DNA of 64,000 bases, taken from Octopus vulgaris. Lineage: Eukaryota. The stretch is from positions 13,392,001-13,456,000 of the forward strand of contig OX597819.1 of the NCBI GenBank assembly GCA_951406725.2, read 5' to 3'. The position numbers were made by a program, and so were the translations under genes. Shown piece after piece: positions 27,401 through 41,535 of the stretch (within the stretch, counting starts at the first letter, position 1; every line of letters starts with the position of its first letter). Below the pieces are notes generated by a model. That model did not search any database, was not told where the DNA came from, and was given only the letters and a program-made list of their open reading frames with translations.

Positions 27401-30400
27401 TGGGAGACACGTTATCTTTGTTTGTCCCCTCTATGTTTAGCCCCCTGTGGGCAATAAAGAAATAAATGGTGGGAGACACGTTATCTTTCTTTGTCCCCTC
27501 TATGTTTAGCCCCCTGTGGGTAATAAAGAAATAAATGGTGGGAGACACGTTATCTTTGTTTGTCCCCTCTATGTTTAGCCCCCTGTGGGCAATAAAGAAA
27601 TAAATGGTGGGAGACACGTTATCTTTGTTTGTCCCCTCTATGTTTAGCCCCCTGTGGGTAATAAAGAAATAAATGGTGGGAGACACGTTATCTTTGTTTG
27701 TCCCCTCTATGTTTAGCCCCCTGTGGGCAATAAAGAAATAAATGGTGGGAGACACGTTATCTTTGTTTGTCCCCTCCATGTTTAGCCCCCTGTGGGTAAT
27801 AAAGAAATAAATGGTGGGAGACACGTTATCTTTGTTTGTCCCCTCTATGTTTAGCCCCCTGTGGGTAATAAAAAAATAAATGGTGGGAGACACGTTATCT
27901 TTGTTTGTCCCCTCTATGTTTAGCCCCCTGTGGGTAATAAAGAAATAAATGGTGGGAGACACGTTATCTTTCTTTGTCCCCTCTATGTTTAGCCCCCTGT
28001 GGGTAATAAAGAAATAAATGGTGGGAGACACGTTATCTTTCTTTGTCCCCTCTATGTTTAGCCCCCTGTGGGTAATAAAGAAATAAATGGTGGGAGACAC
28101 GTTATCTTTGTTTGTCCCCTCTATGTTTAGCCCCCTGTGGGCAATAAAGAAATAAATGGTGGGATACACGTTATCTTTGTTTGTCCCCTCTATGTTTAGC
28201 CCCCTGTGGGTAATAAAGAAATAAATGGTGGGAGACACGTTATCTTTGTTTGTCCCCTCCATGTTTAGCCCCCTGTGGGTAATAAAGAAATAAATGGTGG
28301 GAGACACGTTATCTTTGTTTGTCCCCTCTATGTTTAGCCCCCTGTGGGTAATAAAGAAATAAATGGTGGGAGACACGTTATCTTTGTTTGTCCCCTCCAT
28401 GTTTAGCCCCCTGTGGGTAATAAAGAAATAAATGGTGGGAGACACGTTATCTTTGTTTGTCCCCTCCATGTTTAGCCCCCTGTGGGTAATAAAGAAATAA
28501 ATGGTGGGAGACACGTTATCTTTGTTTGTCCCCTCCATGTTTAGCCCCCTGTGGGTAATAAAGAAATAAATGGTGGGAGACACGTTATCTTTGTTTGTCC
28601 CCTCCATGTTTAGCTCCCTGTGTGTAATAAAGAAATAAATGGTGGGACACACGTTATCTTTGTTTGTCCCCTCCATGTTTAGCCCCCTGTGGGTAATAAA
28701 GAAATAAATGGTGGGAGACACGTTATCTTTGTTTGTCCCCTCCATGTTTAGCCCCCTGTGGGTAATAAAGAAATAAATGGTGGGAGACACGTTATCTTTG
28801 TTTGTCCCCTCCATGTTTAGCCCCCTGTGGGTAATAAAGAAATAAATGGTGGGAGACACGTTATCTTTGTTTGTCCCCTCCATGTTTAGCCCCCTGTGTG
28901 TAATAAAGAAATAAATGGTGGGAGACACGTTATCTTTGTTTGTCCCCTCCATGTTTAGCCCCCTGTGGGTAATAAAGAAATAAATAGTGGGAGACACATG
29001 TGTACATGCGCATGCACACACACACACACAGACACGTATTTTGTCTTCAAAAAAATGTATATTTAAATCAGGACAGATTTTTACCATAAAGGATCTTTTA
29101 CCAGTTCATCAAAAAATTATACATATGCTATTAAATGTTAAGGATGTAATGAAGATTACATATCTTCAACAAAACTAACTATTCACAGACAGCAAATGCG
29201 AAACCCCTATACTAGACAAATCCCACTGAGTGGACACATAGACATATGTGCAAAAAACAAATCTCCTAAATTCCAAGTCTTTCCACTTTGTTTGTTCAGG
29301 CAATATCATAGACCAAGCATGAATGAAGAAAGAAAATATATTCATACAAAAATTTAAAAAAATAAAACTGAATAAACTTTAACAAAGTGGGGATGGAAAC
29401 TTAAAAAAAATTTCTAAGCCTAATCATGTGATAATTCTCAACCAAAACAGATACTAATGTGAGCTATGTTCTCTCTATAAAAACAAGAGAATTCTTGAAC
29501 TCCAATCAGAAGCAAGACAGTTGCTGCATAGCTCTGTGTCTTTCTGTTTCGACTTTTGAGAATCAGAGACATCTGTGAAACTGGTTAAAAAATTTTAAAT
29601 ACAAAATCTAAATAAATTCCACTGTATTATCATCTTGTTTTTTCTATATTTCTGCCCATGTAGAATAAAATAACTTTGTTTTATATATATCATTATCATT
29701 GTTTAGCATCTGTTGTCCATGCTGACATGGGTTGGGTGGTTTGGCCAGGGCTAGTAAGCTGAGGATCTGCACCAGTCTCCAGTCTGATTTGGCATATATA
29801 TATCATCATCATCATCATCATCGTTTAGCGTCCACTTTCCATGCTAGCATGGGTTGGATGGTTCAACTGGGGTCTGGGAAGCCAGAAGGCTGCACTAGGC
29901 CCAGTTTGATCTGGCAATGTTTCTACGGCTGGATGCCCTTCCTAATGCCAACCACTCCATGAGTGTAGTGGGTGCTTTTTACGTGCCACAGGCACAGGTA
30001 CCAGACGAGTCTGGCAAACGGTCACGATCGGATGGTGCTTTTTATGTGCCACTGGCATGGGGGCCAGGCGAGGCTGGCAACGGCCACGAACGGATGGTGC
30101 TTTTCACGTGCCACTGGCACGAGGCCAGTCGGGGTGGCGCTGGCAACAGCGGCACTGGTAACTCAGCTGCAATTTCCATTGATCGATTTCGATTCTGATT
30201 TGTATGTATATAAAAGTATACATTCCAGTTTCTTTGTTTCTATCTACCAAATTTACTCACAAGGCTCTGATCAGCTTGAGGTTACAGTAGAAGACACCTA
30301 ACTAAGTTACCGGACAGTGGGTCTGAACCCAGAACCATGTTTAATACATCCCAAAAGGATGAAAGGCAAAGTCGACCTCAGTGGAATTTGAACTCAGAAT

Positions 30401-33400
30401 GTAACGGTAGACAAAATATTGCTAAGCATTTCACCCGGTGTACTAAACGTTTTTGCCAGCTCGTCACCTTCTCAGAAAAATTGCTTTGCTCAGTATTCTG
30501 AAAAGGTACAACTTCCATAAGGTGTACCCAGTGTAAAGTATGGATGTGATAGGTTCAGAGACAGGCCAACAGAGTAGGTCACCTCTGTATGTACCAGTTG
30601 AACAAAAGTAGTCAGCAGTAAATGTACGCAAAGAATGCCTTTGAGACTTGACAAAAGTAATTGATAGTTTTGTTGCCAAGGTGACCTAAATAGCAGTGTA
30701 GGTGGGCACCATGAATGTGTAGTAACCATAGCAAGAACAAGGTGGGAAAAGTCAAGGACTGTAACAAAGGGATCTATCACAGATTGAAGGGCTGATGGTT
30801 ATGCTTGTGTTCAAAGTATGGGAGCAAGATGTGGGCCTTAAATTCTGAGGACTTGCAAAAAAAAAAAGGGGTGGGGGAAGAAATGGGATGAATATGCTAC
30901 ACTGGATGTGTAACATTAATGTTTAAGAACAGCAGAGCACAAGTAAACAGAAGTTGGGTATAAGAGGAATGGGATTAGATGTGCAAGTGTTTGTAAGATT
31001 GTGATGGTATAGGTATGTGTATAGAGGTTGTCAGTTGTATTAAGAATCTGTAGAAGAGGGAAATCTCAGACACAGAATGAAATGATGAAGACCGAAGAAG
31101 CTAAACCTCCTGAAAGATACAACTACTGGCCATGAGGAATGGCAACACACAGTGTTGGAGAGGACCTACCTATTCATGCAGACACAAACAATTGAAAATT
31201 AAAATGATGGTGGTGGTGGTCATGGTTGGGTTGCATGTTGTCTACATTTGGGTATCTTGTGTATGATCTTTCTGTTAAGTTTCCATCAATTACCCTTCTT
31301 GTCTCTTCATTACCCTCTCATCTTTCAAACACACTGTATTATTTACTGCACTCCCCCACCTTGTAACAAAAGATGGTATTGGATCTGTCTGCATTCAACT
31401 CCTGACCCCATTACTTTTCTTTACTATCTTTCTTTTACATCTTTCTCTCAACACTCCCTCCTTCATCACTTGGTTTTAACATCACTCTGTCTTCCTCCTA
31501 TAATTCATTATTGACATATACTGTGCTCTCATCCCTCTCTCTCAACACACTGCTTTCTAATCAATGTCCTTACCAACAACCATCATGTAGCTACCTATCA
31601 CAATCTCTCCACTACTACTTTGTCTATCACTCTCTCATCCCTGTTCTCTCTCCTCCATTCCACTCTCTTCTTTTCACCTTCTCTCTCACATTGCATTGAA
31701 TGAAATGATGTAATTAGTTTTAGTAAGAGCAAGGCAAATGCTTGTTTTGGTGCCAGTCTAAAATTCATCCAATACATTCTGTAAAGTGGCTAGCATCCAG
31801 CAATAGAAGCCATGCTAAAAATGGATTGTACAAATAGACTCAGACCCCAACTCATCTAGTGGAGGAGTGACTCCAAATAAGAAACAACTTTAGTTATTTT
31901 ATACTGGTATGTGAACATGACAACCCTTGCTAGCATGAAAACAGACCATAAACTGAGGAATGTATGTATGAGAAATAAATAAAAGAGACAGACTAGCTTT
32001 TCAATACCTGACACACAGCCACTCATTTCCACCTTCCCTTCCTAAATACTTCTCAGTAGTGGTGGCCTTTTCCTCCATTTTCTTCTCTTCTGTCTCTGTT
32101 TTTTTCCTGTCTTGCAAGTTTACATGGCAATCTCACTAGTGCCAGTAGCATGAAAACAAACACCCAGTATACTCTGTAAAGCAGTTGGCATTAGGAAGGA
32201 TGTCCAGGTGTAGAAACCATGCTATAGATGACATTGAAACTCGATGCAGCCTTACACTTGATGGTTCCCTATCAAACTGTCGTACACATGGCAGCATGGG
32301 TTAGACGGTTTGACCGGAGCTGGCTAGGCAGAAGACTGTACAAGGCTTCAGTGTCTGTTTTGGCATGGTTTTTACAGCTGGATATCCTTCCAAATGCCTA
32401 CCACTCTACAGTGTGGACTGGACACTTTTTATGTGGCACCATATATATGTATATATATATATATATATAGCTAATATATAATTTTCTTGTATTTTTAGGG
32501 ATTTTGTTCATGGATTGCTGCATTTATACGAGTCAAGTAAGAAAACTATTTTCTTTCGCTGTTGTTCTTTATTTATTGAAGAATTATTATAATTAGCATT
32601 ATAATATCTAATATCCTCCTTTTAATTATATCACTTGATGAAAATAATGATGTAGTTGTTGCCGTAAAAGTAGATTAATCCATGATTGGCTGGGGTGTCT
32701 GCTGAATCGGGGCTGATCAGAGGCTAAGCAACAATGCCAGCATGACGCTGTAAATACTAGGGGTCCATTTCAATTTGGGACCACATTGTTATGAAATGCA
32801 GTACTTGATTGGTTCTCTCATTTACTTGGCTATGTGATTCACTCTTTGCAGAGATGCAGATATTCTTCGCAAATGTGGCCGTGATGCAGTACAGTACCTG
32901 TCATTCCAGCGGTACCTTTTGGTCTACCTCTGTGTGATATGTACCCTCTCAACTGCTGTTGTGTTACCTGTTAACTTTCAGGGCAATCTTGGTAAGTATG
33001 AACTGAACCGTACAATTTATATTAGAAATAAGTCACTACAATTTTGAGAAGACTAGTCTATAACCTGTACTAACCAAATTGTGTTAGTGTTACACAAAGT
33101 TCCACGTAGTATGTAGATATGGTTGTTTGCAGTGTGATTTCAAACCATGCCAAAGTCAACTTTGCTTTTATCCTTCTGGGATTGATAAAATAAAGTACCA
33201 GTAAAATACTAGGGCTGATATAATCAACTTACCTTCTTGGCTTTCAAGATATGTATTAAGATTTACTTTGTATTTATTTTGTTTTTATAATTTTCAGTTG
33301 GTAATTCCACCGATTTTGGCCACACAACAATTGCTAACGTTGATTCCAGGTAAGGAATATTTCCCAGCATTATATTTACTTGAATATTTATAAATATTCT

Positions 33401-34811
33401 TTCATATTAGTAAATATTCATAAATTAATATACATTTTCTTAATTCTTTTGTGAAACTTTTTCTCTGGCTGCTTTCCATTTATTCTGAAAATTAATTTGG
33501 AAGGCTTTATTAAAATAACCATTAATAACCAATGTTTAAAACTTAATTTAACCCTTTAGCATTCAAACTGGCCATATCCGGCCAAAATATTTAACCTGTT
33601 TTATATTGAAACTGACCAGATCTCGCCTCTCACCTCAGCCCTACCATGTCATTCTAAAACTAAAAAATCACATCACTGAAATCTCTAAACTACAAGATAA
33701 TGCATGATTAATTCAAACCATTTTAAATAAACAAATATCACATTTGACAGAATAATCTGAACACTAAAGGGTTAAAAGGTAATGAAACTTATGATTGAAG
33801 GTTTTAATTTAGCCTTCTGGAACTAAGGGCTGTTTTAAATGGCTTCATATCAGAAAGATTTATAATAGTTATGTTGTTTTTCCTTCCAATTGACTGTACC
33901 AATACATCTAAAATATTTCGTTTGAAATCAGCTGACTGTATAGCATTAAATATACATTGGTATCTTCCAAGGTGGCAACTGGAAGTTATTTCTTTCAGTT
34001 TGAAACCTAAGCAGTTCTTTTTGTGTATCCTTGTCTGTCCCACCAGTGTACAGTCTTGCATGTTCACTTACTGAATATCCCAACACTATTTTGGCAAGTT
34101 TATTTTGCTTATGGCGTCAAGATAATTACTGAAACCCGTTGCTGAAACAATTAAAATATCAGTTATTGATTAATACTGTTATTTTATCTCAACATTATTA
34201 TATCTCGTTAGCTTTTTTTAATGCTCCATACATCATCTTTTGAACACTAACTTTTCCTGCTTGCCATCCATCAGTTCCTGTTGCCAATCCTTATTTGTTT
34301 CCAAGCAAGATAATATTTCCTTTTGGCTAGACATGTTGTCACAGAATATTGCAAATAAACAACACTCCATATATGACAGTGTTGCTTATTTATATCCCAC
34401 AATGTCAAAACAAGAACACGCACGTGCGGCTTCTTTCAGTTTCCACCTTCCAGATCTGTACACAAGGCTTTGGTCTGTTCAAGTCTATAGTACAAGACAT
34501 TTACCAAAGGTTCCCTGCAATAAGACTGAACCCAAGACCACATGGTTGGGATGCAATATTCTTAACCACACAGCCATGCCCTGGGGCCTTCTATGTAGTC
34601 ACTCAACCTGGTAGAAATATCAACTGGAGCTCCCTCAAATCACCTGCTACTACCTTAAAAAAAAAGGACACTCTGAATCGTTTAGTCCCAGATACACTGT
34701 CTAAAAAAAGACAAGATGATCATATGAGTGGAACATCTTTTTGTTCTAAGTCTGCTGTATGAGGTGTGCCATGGGCTATTGGCAAGAAATCTTGAAATAA
34801 AACTGAACAAT

Positions 34812-34866
<55 letters not shown>

Positions 34867-34913
34867 TCATCATCATCATTTAACATCCACTTTCCATGCT
34901 AGCATTGGTTAGA

Positions 34914-34960
<47 letters not shown>

Positions 34961-36021
34961 CATACACTATGGGCTTCTTTCAGTTTCCATCTACCAAGTC
35001 CACCCACAAGGCATTGATTGGCCTGAGACCATAGTAGAAGAAACTTGCCCCAGGTGCCTCACAATGAGCTGAACCCTTGTACTATAGACTCAACAGCAGG
35101 AAGCAAACTGCCTGCATCTGTAGATAACTTGCTCCCATCTGTTTCGGGGACCCTACAAAGGGATCATGGACACTTCTCACTGAACAATAAAACTTGAAAA
35201 ATAAAATCAACGGGACTGACACCCCCCCCCTGCCATTGTTGGATATTTTTGTCATTGAATTAATTGATTGATTCTATTTATAGCATTAGGATTTAAGATG
35301 ATTCACTATCAATCTATTATTTCTCTGTATTTTTTGTTTGTTTTTCAGTTCCCAATTGCTTTGGATCCATGTTCTTCTTGCCATAATCTACCTAATGATT
35401 GCAGTATTCTTCATGCAACATTTCTCTCATAGTCTTCAATTTGAAGAAGACGATCAGGTAACAATTAAGCTGAAATACATCATATAAAACAACATAAATT
35501 TAAAATTATAGTTTATTTTCCACAATATGTGTAGATATTTATTATATATATATATATCATCATCATCATCGTTTAACGTCCGCTTTCCATGCTAGCATGG
35601 GTTGAACGATTTGACTGAGGTCTGGCAAACCAGACTCCAATCTGATCTAGCAGAGTTTCTACAGCTGGATGCTCTTCCTAACACCAACCACTCCGAGAGT
35701 CTAGTGGGTGCTTTTACGCGCCACCGGCACGAGGGCCAGTTTGGCGGTATTGGCAATGACCACGTTCAAATGGTGCTTTTTATGTGCCACCTGCACAGGA
35801 GCCAATCCAGCGGTACTGGCAAAGGACCTCGCTTGAATGTTTTTTTTCGTGTGCCACTAGCACAAGTGCTAGTAAGGTGACGCAGGTAATGATTACGCTT
35901 GAATGGTGTGTTTAACACGCCATCGGCACAAAGGCCAGCTTGTTGCTCTGGCTACGATCTCACTTATATGGTACTCTTAGTGCTCCACTAGCAACGGATG
36001 CCATACATACATACATATATG

Positions 36022-36053
<32 letters not shown>

Positions 36054-37020
36054 CATATGTGTGTGTGTATACTGTCTCGGCAATACTCTCAACCAATGAC
36101 AGAAAAGGCCAACCATAATGAGTATGTAATGGCAGTGAAAGTGTTTTGTCCTATGTTTTTTAGTATCTGAGTTGAAATCCTTCTTTCATCCCGTAATCAA
36201 ATATTAGGGGTCAGTAGAAATTGACTGTTTATCTGTAATGCGGATTGTGTATTTGTGTATCTGTATTGTGGAAAACCATATTTTGTAACCTTATGTCTTT
36301 ATTAGAAGTTAATTTAATGGAAAACAAAAAGAACAATTTCTAATATTTTCACTAAAAACGAAAGCACAAAATGTCTTGGAAGTAATCTGGGTGCACTTGT
36401 GTGCATCATATTACGCAAATTGTTACATATTCTAACAATTATATATTCTAGAAATAACATTAACAAAGAAACTAATTACCTCTTTTATACCTAGCAGCAT
36501 TTTTTGACAAAAAAGAAAAAAAAATTTATGTTAACAACTTGGTGCAGACATCTTTTGTTTCACATATAACATGTCCTGTTAACCTGTTAACGTATAAAGT
36601 TTAATTAAATCTCTATTTAATAAAAGCCAATAGAAATGTTGGTTGGATTTTCCAAGTCATGCTTTACGTTGTGTAGAGAGAGGAGGAGAGAGAGTTAACA
36701 TAAGACATGCAGGACAAGCGCACTTAAGGATTAAAAGAACACACATACACACACATACACTCTCACAGAGTGAGAGAAAGAATCAGAGACAAAGGAAGAG
36801 GAGAGTAAATAAATGAATAGTGGTTGTGGAAGGAGTTATTCCAATGAGAAATCTTTTATTTGATTTTATTTTAAAGTAATATTTTTCTTTTTTTAAGCAC
36901 TAAGTGATTTGACAAAATTTAAACAATACATTATTGTATATGCACCATATTTTCTGATATTACTCATGGTGGCAAAAATGTACTTCCAGAGTTATCCATC
37001 ACATGAGCGACAACACTCTA

Positions 37021-37057
<37 letters not shown>

Positions 37058-40000
37058 TACGTACGTACATACACATCATCATCGTTTAACGTCCGCTTCC
37101 CATGCTGGCATGGGTCGGATGGTTTGACTGAGATCTGGCAAACCAGGAGGCTGCACCAGGCTCCAATCTGATCTGGCTAGGTTTCTACAGCTGGATGCCC
37201 TTCCTAATACCCATTTCTTTACTACCCACAAGGGGCTAAACACAGAGAGGACAAACAAGGACAGACAAACGGATTAAGTTGATTATATCGACCCCAGTGC
37301 GTAACTGGTCCTTAATTTATCGACCCCAAAAGGATGAAAGGCAAAGTCGACCTTGGCGGAATTTGAACTCAGAACGTAGCAGCAGACGAAATACTGCTAA
37401 GCATTTCGCCCAACGTGCTAACGATTTTGCCAGCTCGCCGCCATAATACCAACCACTCTGATAATATAGTGGGTGCTTTTTACGTGCCACTGGCACAGGG
37501 GCCAGTCAGGCGGCACTGGCATCGGCCACATTCGGATGGTGCTTTTTACATGCTACCAGAACGGGAGCCAGTCAGGCAGCACTGACATCGACTACGCTCA
37601 ACTGGTGCTATTTACTGGCCACTGGTATGGTAGTCAGTCAGGCAGCACTAGCATCGACCATATTCGAATGATGCTTTTTATGTTCCACCGTAGAGTGTTA
37701 TTTGTCATATGACAGGCAACACTGGAGTACTTTCTATAATTTTTTGTTTTGGAGATGGTCTGCCTTAATGAGTTAATGAAGCCTTCACATGACTGCTTAA
37801 TGTCTTAGAAATAGCAACTAAATATTCCAAAGGCAAAGCCAAAAATTACCCAAAGCAGTCCTAAAAAAAGACATGTTGGACACCATATTACAGATGATCT
37901 GTCTAGACTAGCCAAAAATTAACCATCTTTTAATGACACATCTGCTGAATCATGGCTGACCTGGGGCTAAACAACTATCACAGCATATTTCTGCTCCCTT
38001 GGGAGCATTGAACCAACAAAAGATCCTCAGTCTGCTAGAAATAGCACACAACAGTTGTTCAATTGCATCATACCACTTCGAATAAGAAAAGGACTATATG
38101 AGATTTAATTTTGTCCTACACACCTGTAAAAAGCTGGGATGGTCGTGAATGGAACGCTTTGACTAATGGGTCTGCTTGGTCAGGTTTTACTTTGTGTTGA
38201 ATAACTCTGTGAGTTCTTTCAACAGTAAAAAAAAAAAATAACCAGTCTGAAAACCTCTTCCCTGCACCCATTAATGGGTCAGAGTGTTTCAAGTAAAAGT
38301 TTAGTCTCCTTTTAATACATCAACAAAGTGGAGGCACAATGGCTCAGTGGTTAGGACAGTGGACTCGCGGTCATAGGATTGCGGTTTCGATTCCCAGACC
38401 AAGCGTTGTGAGTATTTATTGAGAGAAAACACCTAAAGCTCTGCAAGGCTCCAGCAGGGGGTGGTGGCAAACCCTGCTGTACTCTTTCACCACAACTTTC
38501 TCTTACTCTTTCTTCCTGTTTCTGTTGTAGCTGTATTTCAAAGGGCCACCCTTGTCACACTCTGTGTCATGCTGAATCTCCAACGAGAACTACATTAAGG
38601 GTACACGTGCCTGTGGAGTGCTCAGCTTGCATGTTAATTTCATGAGCAGGCTGTTCCATTGTTCAGATCAACTGGAACCCTCATCGTTGTAGCTGACAGA
38701 GTGCCATGAAAACATCAACAGTACATAAGACTAATCGAAACCATCTCTGCGTATTGGCACCAACATTTACGTGCCACCTGCACGGAAGCCAGTCGAGGCG
38801 GCACTGGCTTCGGCCACGATTCGGATGGTGCTTTTTCCGTGTCGGTGGCACGTAAAAAGCACCATCTGAATCGTGGCCGAAGCCAGTGCCGCCTCAACTG
38901 GATTCGGATGGTGCTTTTTCCGTGTTGGTGGCACGTAAAAAGCACCATCCGAATCGTGGCCGAAGCCAGTACCGCCTCGACTGGCTTCCGTGCCGGTGGC
39001 ACGTAAAATGCACCAATCCGACCATGGCTGATGCCAGCCTCGCCTGGTACCAGTGCAGGTGGCACGTAAAAAGCACCCACTACACTCTCGGAGTGGTTGG
39101 CATTAGGAAGGGCATCCAGCTGTAGAAACTTTGCCAGATAAGACCGGAGCCTGGTGCAACCTTCTGGCTTCCCAGATCCCCAGTTGAACCGTCCAACCCA
39201 TGCTAGCATGGAGAACGGACATTAAACGATGATGATGATGATCTCTTTTGTAACCATTCAGTCCATAATTTTGTGTTTGATTTATATTTTTTTCTAATTT
39301 TCTTTCTAGGTTTCCAAGACTTTGATGATATCAAATATCCCAAAAGATAAATGTTTCAAAAGCATTGTATTACAACATTTTCAGTGAGTATTATTATTAT
39401 TATTATTATTACTTTACATTTTGAGTTCAAATTCCGCCGAGGTCAACTTTACCTTTCATCCTTTTGGGGTGGATAAATTAAGTACCAGTTGAACACTGGG
39501 GCCAAAGTAATTGACTCATCCCCACCTCCCTCAAGCTACCCTTATGACAAAATTTGAAATCATTATTATTATTAGTAGTAGTTGTAGTAGTAGTAGTTGT
39601 AAAGTACCTACTCATGTAACTAGAATTGATGTAATTGACTATACCCTGACTCCACAGATGTGTGGCCTTGTGCCTGTGTCAGAAATTAATATTGTTTTCA
39701 TCAACATCATCACCATTATTACCTCCGTCTTAGTGAAGGTGAGGTATTGTTTTTTAGTTGTGTTTGATTGCTTATTTGTCCGTGAACAAGATATCTCAAG
39801 AACCGCTTTCAGGGATGTTTGGCCTCATAGCTAGCATGAACTGATTAGATTTTGAGATCAATCTGGTACCGAACAAAGATTCTGAATTATTTTTCCTGTT
39901 TTTTTACTTAATTTTTGAGAGCAGTTGAGTTCATTTTTAGTATTCTCATTTATGAGAGCAGTAGAGTTTATTTCAGATATTCTCATTTTAAAAATCATCT

Positions 40001-41492
40001 CTGGTTAATCGTTGAAAGGACATTGGTGTTACCTTGGTGGTGGTTTGCGCTCTCTGAGTGCCCTTATTATTCATCATCATCATCATCGTTTAACGTCCGC
40101 TTTCCATGCTAGCATGGGTTGGACGATTCAACTGGAGTCTGGGAAGCCCGAAGGCTGCACCAGGCCACTCAGATCTGGCAGAGTTTCTACAGATGGATGC
40201 CCTTCATAACGCCAACCACTCCGTGAGTGTAGTTTCCATGAGTGTATTATTATTACTATTATCTCATGGAATGTCATCAGGCATTCACTCCCCTCAACCA
40301 GTCAGGCATTGCACATGATGGAAATTCTACATGTGTGATATATAAAGATCTAGTCAACATTCTCAAGGAAACTTTATGCATCAATGAGCATGACCAAACT
40401 GGTCTGTTTCAGAGAACTTTTGAGCTGGGGGTTACAAGTGATGACTTTCATAAATCCTGAGCCTGGCTGTGCAGCCAAGAGGCACTGTCAGTTTAAGAAA
40501 ATTCTGCTGGCATGGAAGTGCTGTCAGGTAGGACTGCCTCAAATGTGCGCAAAGTGATGAAACCATACTATATACACTTGCTAACTTGTGGAGTTGTGTT
40601 GTACACTTGCGGTGATGTGTAGGAGATTTCTGGTTATCAGCTGAGTCCATTGTGAAGACCATGCTGTCAACTTCCTTTGGTCAAGAGGGGCAAGCAAAGT
40701 TTTAGTGTAATTGGTTGTGTGGTGGACCAGATTGAAAGGGCTGAAGACAGGGACTTTTCTCTTTGGCCTTGCTCTCATCAACTTATCCAAGTTGGAAAGT
40801 GAAAGTAAAGAGAGAAAGAGAGAGAGAGAGAGAGAGAAGTATTGGCTCCCAGTAAATTTGTTGAAAAGTGGGTGGGAGTGGAGAGCATGGTTTGAATGAC
40901 CTGGCTTATTCTGAGTATGTGCCTTTAAAGAGAAGGAGTACAACAGGGAGAAGGCACTTGTTTTAGTGTCCAAGGTGACCCATGGTTTTGTGGGATTTCC
41001 ACAAGCAGCCCTCAAAAGTCTCTCTCTTTTCGGTAATCATTCACTGTTGAAACATATGGTCATTGGTAATCTTCTTTTGAAGTACTCCTTCATGTAATTC
41101 CACATTGTATCATCTTGTACCATGGCCATACTGGAGCACTGCCTTGAAGCGATTTTAGTCAAGCGAATTGACCCTAGTACTTTTTTAAAGCCTGCTACTT
41201 ATTCTATCAGTCCCTTTTGCCAAACTGCTAAGTTACAGGGATGTAAACACACCAGCATTGGTTGTCAAGCAGTGGTTGGGAACAAACTAAGACACACACA
41301 CAAATACATGTGATGAGCATCTTTCAGTTTCTGTCTACCAAATCTATTCACAAGGCTTGATGTGCCTGAGATGATAGCAGAAGACACTTGCCTAAGTTAT
41401 CATGCAGTGGGCTTGAACCCAGTGTCACGTGGTTAGGAAGCAAGCTTCTTGTCACACAGCCATGCCTGCACCTTAATAATTAATAAAGATTA

Positions 41493-41535
<43 letters not shown>

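Noticed and set aside
25999-29087. 572-, 246- and 177-aa minus-strand ORFs of a 23-aa repeat
   Set aside because: A 69-bp (3x23) satellite that lacks stops in one frame; the unit is SINE- and flank-derived and the frame is broken by 1-nt indels.
40260-41020. Possible decayed LINE ORF1/5' region on the minus strand
   Set aside because: Only faint resemblance, no diagnostic motif I can support.
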